Virus record (IMG/VR): IMGVR_UViG_3300042363_001587
Coordinates: 1-24,247 of that record
DNA: 24,247 nucleotides
Reading direction: 5' to 3' (one strand)
From: a virus
Taxonomy: Duplodnaviria; Caudoviricetes
The first letter of the stretch is position 1, and the number at the start of each line of letters is the position of its first letter. Positions 16,899 through 23,779 of the stretch are shown piece after piece. Under the pieces are notes generated by a model. That model was given only the letters and a program-made list of their open reading frames with translations, had not been told where the DNA came from and made no database searches. A program made the position numbers and the translations under genes.

Positions 16899-17470
16899 CA
16901 GGCGGGTCTCTTGGTCTTGGCGAGACGATCGCTCTCGCGCACGATGCCGATGGCGATGTCAAAGTCTTCGTTGCTGACGCGCCCCTCGCGCACGGCCTGT
17001 GAGGCGGCACCTGGCGCCGCATCGCGGATAAGCACACCCCAGACCTCTTCGGCCAGTTCGCGGCTGCCAAGCGATCGAATAGCCCGGACCGTGAGCTCGT
17101 GGATACGTCCCGGAAGGGTCTTCGGTCGTTGCTCTGTCAGGGTCAGCGGCGGTCGGAAATACTCGAAGTCCACGTTGCGCGCATATCGGCCAAACGCCGC
17201 GATCGTCGGAATGCGCGTCCGTCCCTTTTCGTCGAGCAGCTCCTCGTCACGCAGCCACCGACTAGCCGCATCGATGATGGCGTCGAGCGATACCCCTATC
17301 AGCTTGCCGGCCCACTCGTCGATGTAGGCCAGCTCGGCCTTTGCCGGATCATCTGACGCATTGGGCTGCAGGGAGCCTTTGGGCAGATGGGTGCGGAACT
17401 TCTCGATGGCCACCTTGGTGGCGTTGTGGAGCGGCCAGCTGATCTTCACCTGCGGTCCGGAGTCGCTCAT
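16898..17470 (-). CDS. Putative helicase loader / loader-inhibitor-like protein, ~190 aa
   Basis: ATGA-coupled to the initiator (ATG 17470). EWAGKL.GVSLDAIIDAASRWL...PTIAAF resembles the N-termini of P/G39P-like proteins. Confidence 0.5.
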   Translation of the reverse strand: MSDSGPQVKISWPLHNATKVAIEKFRTHLPKGSLQPNASDDPAKAELAYIDEWAGKLIGVSLDAIIDAASRWLRDEELLDEKGRTRIPTIAAFGRYARNVDFEYFRPPLTLTEQRPKTLPGRIHELTVRAIRSLGSRELAEEVWGVLIRDAAPGAASQAVREGRVSNEDFDIAIGIVRESDRLAKTKRPA

Positions 17471-18585
17471 GCGATTGCCCTCACGTAGTCGATGCCGCGG
17501 CGCTCGCACTCCGCGATGGCCTCGGAATCCCCGTCGCGCGCAAAGGCGACGAGGGCGTGCTGCTCGATCTCGGCACTGCTCGCTGTGTTGGCCTTGGGCG
17601 CGACGCCGGCGCGCGTGCCGTATTGCACCTCTGGCGCCTTCCGCGTCCGCTCAGCCCGCTCAACAAACGTCAGCAGCTGTGCCGGCGAGATGGACTGACC
17701 GGGCGGGTTCGTGTCGAGCATCTCGTCGATGCCTTGGACGACGGCCTCCCACGTGACGGGGCGTCCGCCGCTCGCGCCAAGCCCGTTGGTCCAGCCCTCA
17801 ATGCGCCGCACCCAGTTCACGATGCGGTCTGGGAGTATCCGCTGCTCGTCGAGAAATCGTCCCACCGCGCGGCGTCCCTCGTCGTGCGGGATCAGCGCGA
17901 TCTGGGAGTCGAGGCTTGGCGCCGAGGCCCGCATCCGCTGGCGGTACTGCGTGAGCGACTCGCCTTCGAGTACGGCTTCGCTGGTTTCCGGAGCGTGAGC
18001 GACGACCGCCATCGGCGGCGGGGCGGCGTGGGAAGATCCCTCCCCGTCAGGGGAGGGAGATGGGTATTCAGTTCCAGACACAGATACAGATACAGATACA
18101 GAGCTACCGTTTGGCTGCTCTGCGGCTACCTGTCCGGCTACCTCTGGCGGGTAGCCACTGCTAGCGATTGGCTTACCCGTGGCCTCCTCAGCGGCTACGT
18201 CGTCGCCATCGGTTCGGCTACGCTCTTTGCTACGCTCAGCCTTCGCCTTTCCTCCCGCTGCGCCCTTGATCTTCTGCTGATAGATGAAGGCTGCGCGCTC
18301 CTCACGGACGGCCTCGAGGGTCGGGTTTACTCGGCCTGACCGATCAGCCGTGAGCACGAACAGCGGCTCGAGCTTCAGCCATGCCTTGGCCCACTGCGCC
18401 GGCGTGAGCTTGGTCAGCAGGCGCAGCTCCTTGGGATCGGCAGGAAGCTTCTCCGACAGCCACTGGTGACCAAGCAGCCGGATGTATGTGCCTTCCACCT
18501 CGGCCGACATGGTGGTCACCTGAATCGAGGCGAACCACGTGCCTGGGTAGAACTGAAAGGCCGGCTGACGCTTCGGGGTAGGCAT
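17467..18585 (-). CDS. Phage replication initiator, DUF1376/YdaU-like
   Basis: PAFQFYPGTW, MSAEVEGTYIRLL..QW, LP.D, N..L and GAAGG motifs, then a low-complexity linker, SVSVSVSVS and a C-terminal domain. Confidence 0.85.
   Translation of the reverse strand: MPTPKRQPAFQFYPGTWFASIQVTTMSAEVEGTYIRLLGHQWLSEKLPADPKELRLLTKLTPAQWAKAWLKLEPLFVLTADRSGRVNPTLEAVREERAAFIYQQKIKGAAGGKAKAERSKERSRTDGDDVAAEEATGKPIASSGYPPEVAGQVAAEQPNGSSVSVSVSVSGTEYPSPSPDGEGSSHAAPPPMAVVAHAPETSEAVLEGESLTQYRQRMRASAPSLDSQIALIPHDEGRRAVGRFLDEQRILPDRIVNWVRRIEGWTNGLGASGGRPVTWEAVVQGIDEMLDTNPPGQSISPAQLLTFVERAERTRKAPEVQYGTRAGVAPKANTASSAEIEQHALVAFARDGDSEAIAECERRGIDYVRAIA
18037..18234. repeat. Iteron-like cluster, hexamer tandem repeat and hairpin (putative replication origin)
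   Basis: (CG)GCTAC(C/G) at ~18103, 18123, 18135, 18192, 18215 and 18229, inverted at ~18150. (CAGAYA)x4 at 18075-18098. Perfect 9-bp stem TCCCTCCCC-GTCA-GGGGAGGGA at 18037-18058. Confidence 0.6.
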
Positions 18586-18866
18586 CAGCGTGCACTCCGC
18601 TTCGGCAGGCCGTACTGCTTGGCAAAGGCGGGGCCGCAGCGCGCGCAGAGGTACCGGACCCGGACGGCCGGAGTATCCGCGGCTGATTCAACGCGCGCAT
18701 AGTACTCGCCGCGGATGGCCCCGCCACGCACGTTCGCGGGTGAGAGGCACTCGCGGCCGGCCGCGCAGCCCACGCGGTGTTCGTCGGACATCATGTGCCG
18801 AGGCCCTTCAGGGCAGTCGGCGTCGTCCCGATGATACAGGGCGACCGAGACTTGGCTGCGGCCCAT
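18585..18866 (-). CDS. Cys-rich hypothetical protein, 93 aa
   Basis: TGATG-coupled at both ends; C...C and CARC. Confidence 0.6.
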   Translation of the reverse strand: MGRSQVSVALYHRDDADCPEGPRHMMSDEHRVGCAAGRECLSPANVRGGAIRGEYYARVESAADTPAVRVRYLCARCGPAFAKQYGLPKRSAR

Positions 18867-18988
18867 CAGCGGCCGTCCTCATCGATGGCGTTGGCGAACG
18901 CCCACACGGCCACGAAGATGGCCGCGAACGTCAGGAGCAACACCACGGGGTGGTAGGCGCGGAACGCGGAGACCACGTAGTCAACCAC
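18866..18988 (-). CDS. Small single-pass membrane protein, 40 aa (not in ORF track)
   Basis: GGAGGT RBS then GTG; MVDYVVSAFRAYHPVVLLLTFAAIFVAVWAFANAIDEDGR; the stop overlaps the next ATG. Confidence 0.65.
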   Translation of the reverse strand: MVDYVVSAFRAYHPVVLLLTFAAIFVAVWAFANAIDEDGR

Positions 18989-19151
18989 GGAACACCTCCA
19001 CCGCTTTCAGCACGAGGGCCACGGTGCAGAGCAGGAGGAACCACGCGGAGAGGATCGCCACGACGAGATAGCCATAGCCGTTCCGGTCTCCAGCGGTGGC
19101 CCGTTCACGGGCGATGGCCTCGTCGACGAGGCGCTGATCGGAGTGGCTCAC
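18981..19151 (-). CDS. Small single-pass membrane protein, 56 aa (not in ORF track)
   Basis: GGAGG RBS then GTG; MSHSDQRLVDEAIARERATAGDRNGYGYLVVAILSAWFLLLCTVALVLKAVEVFRG. Confidence 0.65.
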   Translation of the reverse strand: MSHSDQRLVDEAIARERATAGDRNGYGYLVVAILSAWFLLLCTVALVLKAVEVFRG

Positions 19152-19229
19152 GCCATCCTCCGAGCTGCACGTGTGCCCCGGTTTGTGTCCCGCTTTCCGT
19201 TCTGGGAGGGGGTCCCGCTCAGAGGGGAG

Positions 19230-19259
19230 CGCACCCGATTACGATCCGGGTGCGTTTTT
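19230..19259 (+). terminator. Intrinsic terminator-like hairpin, antisense to the phage operon
   Basis: CGCACCCG-9 nt-CGGGTGCG followed by TTTTT. Confidence 0.5.
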
Positions 19260-19304
19260 GCGCTGTCAGAGGGGGAATCGGTTGCTGAGGCTCCAGCCAC
19301 CGGG

Positions 19305-19347
19305 ATGGGGTTCAGGGGGTCGCGGGTTCGAATCCCGCCGTCCCGAC
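19305..19347 (+). pseudogene. 3' half of tRNA-Pro(GGG); att core (probably attR)
   Basis: ATGGGGT (anticodon loop), TCAGG, GGGTC, GCGGG-TTCGAAT-CCCGC (T arm), CGTCCCG-A. There is no D arm upstream. Confidence 0.88.
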
Positions 19348-19469
19348 TGGTAGAAGCGACCATCTGACAAGCACTTGCACGACGCTGCGTCAGACGGTCC
19401 TGAGAGCAAGTCCGACGCAAATTCTGACGCAGTGGACCGGAGCACCCTCTTACACCGGTCGCAGATAGC

Positions 19470-19507
19470 ACAAACGGCCACCCTGTGCGGGTGGCCGTTT
19501 GTCGTTG
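19470..19507. terminator. Strong, probably bidirectional intrinsic terminator
   Basis: Perfect 14-bp stem ACAAACGGCCACCC-TGTGC-GGGTGGCCGTTTGT between the tRNA fragment (+) and the convergent recombinase gene (-). Confidence 0.8.
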
Positions 19508-19546
19508 TGAAAGTCCGGCATGCAGCGGGGAACACGGGCGCCAAGA

Positions 19547-21397
19547 TCAGGGCACCGGCCGACGCGGCACCCCGGTCTTCGGGAACTCGGTGCGCGCGTA
19601 CTCGACGAGCTCCGCCATCGCCTCCAGCGTGCGTAGATCGGAGGAGTTAAGGTACACGCGCGACCGCGTGCTGCCGCCATCGGCCGTGATCGGCTTGGTG
19701 TGGTCCCACAGCCGGTCCAACAGCCGCGAATCGTTCGTCCAGCGATCATACACATCGGCGAACCCGCGGCGCCACCCGCGAAGGGCCCGTCCCTCCTCGT
19801 GGTCGACCCCGAGGGCGCGCTCCAGCTGCTCGTTCCAATCGGCCAAAGTCCGCTTGTTCGCGGGCTTGAGCTTTGCGGCCGGCTTGGCGCGCCCGCGCGC
19901 CAAGCGTCCTTCGGGGAACAACGGGTACGTCGGCGGCGTCGTGACCCGGACGCCCGCGTCCCGGCGCTTCCGCACCTCCTGCAGCGTCTCGCGATACGCG
20001 CGCTCCAGATCGGCGAGGTAGCCGAATCGCAACTCGAAACCAATCGCGCGCTCCTGCGACGGCGCGAGCATCTGCAGTGCCGCGACCTTGGTGCCAAGCG
20101 TACGCTCATCGAGTCCGAGACGGCCCTCATCGTCGATGACGATGAGGTGATGGCGCCAGCACATCAGCATCTGTTCGGAACGGCGCTCGACGCCCAGCCA
20201 CAGCAGCAGTCGATAGCGGGGGTCCACCTCCGGCAGCCGCGCGGTGGGATGCGCCACGAGTTGGGTGCCATCCCACTGGTGCCCGACCAGAAAGGCGTAG
20301 TCGGCGCCGTTGTCGAGGTACCGCGCTTCAAAGTCCGCGTAAACCGTGTGCAAGAGGTTCTGGAGGTACGCCGACGCATCGGCTGCGAGCGGGCGCCAGT
20401 TGATAGCCACGCGACCGGCCCCGCCGGTATCGATGCCGATGTGTACCAGCCCGTTGACGATGCGAATCAGACGACGGGTCACGCGATAGGCCGCGTCCGC
20501 GCTCGAGACGATGGCGATGAGCGTTTGCATTTCAAAGCGCGGATCGCTCAAGAGACGCATGAGCGCGAGACACGTGGGTTGGGGGTAGCGCCCCCGATTC
20601 GGCCGCACGGCGGGCTCCACAATGCCGTGCAGACGCCGCGTATTGATGAGTTGTTGGTTGAGATCTTCGTCCAGCGAGAGGCCGCCGACCGGACGGAAGC
20701 GGGCGTCCTTCTTCGCGGCATAGTTGCACATCGCCCGCACGAGGAGGGCGCACAACACCGGCCACCGCGATGCGGACTGCGCCAGCGCGGCCGCCCCTTC
20801 GGCGGCCCCCTTCCCGGAGAGACCGCAGCATGCGGTATACGCCGCGTGCGTAGCGCTCTTGGCTGCCTTGAGATCACCCGCCATGACGGCGGCGTTCGCC
20901 GCACCAAGCAGGCGGCCCCATTCGTCGACGGTCACGCCGGCGGCCGTGCGCAACATGGCGGAGAGCGCGATGAGGGTGAGGTGCTGACTGCTGAACTCCG
21001 TCAGCGGAAGTCTGAGTGGCACCACCGCGGCGGCTTCGCGCATGGCGCGCAGCCACTCCTTGTCCTGCTCGCTCGAATCCGTCCGCGCCGGGGCCGTGTC
21101 CTTATCGGTCGCGTAGTCGAGCACGTCCATCATGGTCGGCACCGGTTCGGTGCGGAGGGTCAACTGCGTCATCACGAGTTCTTCTCCAAGGCGGAGCGCC
21201 TCGCGAATCGCGAGACGGTCAGGTCGGTGCCGCGCGTCGCGGAGCGACACCGTGAGGGTGAGGCGCTGATACCGGCGCCCTTCGGCGTCCCAGACACGGA
21301 CCTGCGGATAGCGGCCGCGTGGAACCTCCTCGACGACATAGCGACGGCCGTCGGGAGCGTAGGCGGAAAAACGGAGTAAGCGACGAGGACGAGGCAT
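19547..21397 (-). CDS. Divergent tyrosine recombinase / integrase, 616 aa
   Basis: Candidate catalytic set in order: R (LGVERRSEQ), K (GTK), RGWRR for HxxR, H (LWDH) and Y (SRVYL). YPLFP motif. The N-terminus resembles an arm-binding beta domain. The gene points toward the tRNA 3' end. Confidence 0.72.
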   Translation of the reverse strand: MPRPRRLLRFSAYAPDGRRYVVEEVPRGRYPQVRVWDAEGRRYQRLTLTVSLRDARHRPDRLAIREALRLGEELVMTQLTLRTEPVPTMMDVLDYATDKDTAPARTDSSEQDKEWLRAMREAAAVVPLRLPLTEFSSQHLTLIALSAMLRTAAGVTVDEWGRLLGAANAAVMAGDLKAAKSATHAAYTACCGLSGKGAAEGAAALAQSASRWPVLCALLVRAMCNYAAKKDARFRPVGGLSLDEDLNQQLINTRRLHGIVEPAVRPNRGRYPQPTCLALMRLLSDPRFEMQTLIAIVSSADAAYRVTRRLIRIVNGLVHIGIDTGGAGRVAINWRPLAADASAYLQNLLHTVYADFEARYLDNGADYAFLVGHQWDGTQLVAHPTARLPEVDPRYRLLLWLGVERRSEQMLMCWRHHLIVIDDEGRLGLDERTLGTKVAALQMLAPSQERAIGFELRFGYLADLERAYRETLQEVRKRRDAGVRVTTPPTYPLFPEGRLARGRAKPAAKLKPANKRTLADWNEQLERALGVDHEEGRALRGWRRGFADVYDRWTNDSRLLDRLWDHTKPITADGGSTRSRVYLNSSDLRTLEAMAELVEYARTEFPKTGVPRRPVP

Positions 21398-21455
21398 GCG
21401 CGCAGAGGGGCGGCTGGTGGGCGTCGCACCGCGGCAGGCCCGGGGTGCATCGGCC

Positions 21456-22148
21456 TCATGGGATCGCCATTACAGCGGCGAACAGCCTCGAGCCGACCGC
21501 GCAGAGTCCGTCGTAGTCGTCGGGGGGCTCAGGGGCTCTCGGCGCAGCCGCCTGCTCGCCCGGGTCGGCCATCAGGCCCCCTTCTGCGCCGAGCGCCACC
21601 GCGGCCGCGTGGCGCGCTGTCGGGGACGGCAAAGCGTTTAACTCCTGCGCGGAGGCCGGGCGCCCTGGGGGCGTCGCCGACGCCTCCATCTCAACGTGGG
21701 CGTCGGGTGATTGCTCGGCCGGCCCGCTCGCGGGCAGCGGTGCGACGGGTGCCGGTGCGCTGGCCGTCGGGGACTCGTCGCGTGCGCGGGCGCGGGCCAG
21801 CGTCTCGCGGTCGCGTGCCCACCACGACTCGCACGCCTCGGAAGCCAGCCCCCGCAGCGACGTGTCCTCTTGCCGGCGGGCGGGATACGCCGAGTTGTCC
21901 ATCGGCTGCCCAGACTCGGCACCTGTGCGGGGCATCGCGGATACCGGCGGCAGGGCCTCAAGCCGCGCGCTCACCACAAGCAGTACAGACTGGATCAGCG
22001 TCGCCGCGCTCCTTGAGGGCGCCCGCTCGCGAAAGTGCTCCGCCACGCCGTCCACGACCGCCAGCACGTGCGTGAGGGGGAGCGAAACCTCGTCGAGGGG
22101 CACGGTGGTGAACCGTCGGGCGGCATGCGGGGCAAATGCGTTCGTCAT
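21456..22148 (-). CDS. Hypothetical protein, 230 aa, Pro/Ala-rich
   Basis: Fills the gap upstream of the recombinase; folded-looking N-terminus, low-complexity remainder; very high GC. Confidence 0.4.
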   Translation of the reverse strand: MTNAFAPHAARRFTTVPLDEVSLPLTHVLAVVDGVAEHFRERAPSRSAATLIQSVLLVVSARLEALPPVSAMPRTGAESGQPMDNSAYPARRQEDTSLRGLASEACESWWARDRETLARARARDESPTASAPAPVAPLPASGPAEQSPDAHVEMEASATPPGRPASAQELNALPSPTARHAAAVALGAEGGLMADPGEQAAAPRAPEPPDDYDGLCAVGSRLFAAVMAIP

Positions 22149-22222
22149 GCAGGGCAGGCTACGAGTCGCCTGCGGCCCTGTTTACAATGGAACACTAGTT
22201 GGTCAATTTCCGACCTGAGCCA
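22149..22222. promoter_or_regulatory. Divergent intergenic region, possible promoters
   Basis: AT-rich patch with TACAAT (+, 22183-22188) and TTGACC-16 nt-TAAACA (-) between divergent ORFs. Confidence 0.35.
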
Positions 22223-22873
22223 ATGCCGCGACTTCCCCTCTCCCCCGCCGATACGTACCGCCGACAAGACGACGCCTTGCGCCTTCTGGACCTTGGCCAC
22301 GGTGTTCGCGCCGTCGCGCGGACGCTCGGGTGTTCCCCGGCGTCAGTCGTTCGGTGGCGAGATGCGTATGCCGCCGCCAAGGCGGCTGGCGAGACCTCCC
22401 TCCCGCGCCGCTGGGACGTCCACGGGACGGCGGGGGCGCGGTGGGAGGCGACCGCCTCGCAACGTCGCCGTTACGCTGCCCGCCGCGAGGGTAATCGCGA
22501 ATGGCAACGGTGGGATTCATCTGAGGGCCTCGCTGACACGTCGCTCGACCGTTCTCAGCATCCCCAACTCGCCCAGTGGCGACGTGCCTTTCTAACTAAC
22601 CCTGCACCATGGGACGAGAATCCAACGCGGGTCAATCGCGCGCGCGCGAAGCTATCGATGGACGCGCATCGCGTAACGGGGGGCGCTGCGTCTCATTGGA
22701 CGTCGGACGCACTGCACTTGTTGTTCGGTGTCGACTCTTTCGACTACGTGCCGGTTGAGCTCTTTCCCACAGTCGAGGAGCAGGCGCACGTGGTGCGCAC
22801 ACTGTTGGAACGGTCTGCACGCGACGCGGGGTTCGTGCAGGACAGCGATGGGGTCTGGCACCTACCGTCGTAA
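22223..22873 (+). CDS. HTH-domain protein (homeodomain-like / transposase-type HTH at N-terminus)
   Basis: ALRLLDLGHGVRAVARTLGCSPASVVRWRDAY. No DDE domain is recognisable. Start re-called at ATG 22223. Confidence 0.65.
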   Translation: MPRLPLSPADTYRRQDDALRLLDLGHGVRAVARTLGCSPASVVRWRDAYAAAKAAGETSLPRRWDVHGTAGARWEATASQRRRYAARREGNREWQRWDSSEGLADTSLDRSQHPQLAQWRRAFLTNPAPWDENPTRVNRARAKLSMDAHRVTGGAASHWTSDALHLLFGVDSFDYVPVELFPTVEEQAHVVRTLLERSARDAGFVQDSDGVWHLPS

Positions 22874-22910
22874 TGCCCTTGGGCGCGGGGACAGGCGGCG
22901 CGCTCACAGG

Positions 22911-22951
22911 GAGAAAACAACGAGCCCCTGCCAGCGAGCGCCGGCAGGGGC
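22911..22951 (-). terminator. Intrinsic terminator after the sigma-like gene
   Basis: Minus strand GCCCCTGCCGGC-GCTC-GCTGGCAGGGGC followed by TCGTTGTTTTCT; the G.U pair works only on the minus strand. Confidence 0.6.
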
Positions 22952-22970
22952 ACTACGACGATTCGGCGTG

Positions 22971-23699
22971 CTAGGCGGCCATCGAAACCGCCGTGTTCAC
23001 CCCCGCCGCTTCCGCAGCGATGCGCACCGCGACCGCATGTGCGCGGTCAGTGGCTCGCCGATGCAGGCGCTTGGTCGCCAATACGGTGAGCTCCATCATT
23101 TCGGCGGTCGCCACCCACGAACCCTGGGAACCTTGCATCGCCAGCAACACCTGGCGCTCTGGCGGCGTGAGCTCGTGCAACACGGCCGAGATCAGGGCGT
23201 CACGCGCGGCGCGGGGGATCGGCAGCGTGTGGAGGGCCCATGCGGCGGCCACCTGCGCCCCAGCGGACGGCGACGACGGGGACGGGCCATCGTCCTGAGG
23301 ATCCTCGTCGAGCGCGTCGGCGATCACTCGGTCGAGCCAGCGGTCGAAGTCGATGCGGCTTCGGCTCGCGCACTGGGGAAGCGCCGCCATCACACGTTGA
23401 TGGGCCTTCGTGACCAGCGTGGATGCGTCGATCACGTCGGACTTGCTCACGCTGTCCGTTACTGAGGCTGCCGCGTCCTGCGTCACGGGGCAGGTGGTAA
23501 GCCGACGGAGTACCTCATCGACGTGCTTGCGTACGCGATCCGCGATGAACGCTTCGAGTGCGCGCTGTGCTTCGCGCGCTTGCGAGAATGTCGCGCTGCG
23601 CCAAAGCAAGAGCAGCCCGAACGGGCCGATGCCGTTCATGACGAACAGTGCGACCGTCGCCTGTGCCGCACGAACACGATTCATGTTGCGCTTAGCCAT
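22971..23699 (-). CDS. Degenerate ECF-type sigma-70-like protein
   Basis: Region-2-like DASTLVTKAHQRVMAALP...FDRWLDRV and region-4-like LHELTPPERQVLL...SWVATAEMMELTVLATKRLHRRA. GAGGAGG RBS. Confidence 0.6.
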   Translation of the reverse strand: MAKRNMNRVRAAQATVALFVMNGIGPFGLLLLWRSATFSQAREAQRALEAFIADRVRKHVDEVLRRLTTCPVTQDAAASVTDSVSKSDVIDASTLVTKAHQRVMAALPQCASRSRIDFDRWLDRVIADALDEDPQDDGPSPSSPSAGAQVAAAWALHTLPIPRAARDALISAVLHELTPPERQVLLAMQGSQGSWVATAEMMELTVLATKRLHRRATDRAHAVAVRIAAEAAGVNTAVSMAA

Positions 23700-23779
23700 A
23701 GAATCCTCCTCAGGGGGGTAGCCCCGGCCGCGGTGACCGGGGCCCCAGCGTGTGTGGACGGTTTGGGGGGGGCGGGTGC

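Larger units (their letters stand above)
1..19347 (-). mobile_element. Lambda-like siphovirus prophage (left end outside window)
   Basis: Contiguous replication, packaging, head and tail modules, an internal cos, and a tRNA 3' fragment at the boundary. Confidence 0.9.

Noticed and set aside
19270-19350. Complete functional tRNA-Pro gene
   Set aside because: No D arm and no properly placed 5' acceptor strand; tRNA similarity starts at the anticodon loop.
19700-21379. 559-aa + strand ORF opposite the recombinase
   Set aside because: Shadow frame; the minus-strand protein carries the ordered recombinase motifs.
22636-22649. TCGCGCGCGCGCGA palindrome
   Set aside because: A short CG run inside a coding region of very GC-rich DNA, with no supporting context.
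22223-22873. IS630/IS3 transposase
   Set aside because: Only the N-terminal HTH resembles one; no DDE domain or terminal inverted repeats were seen.
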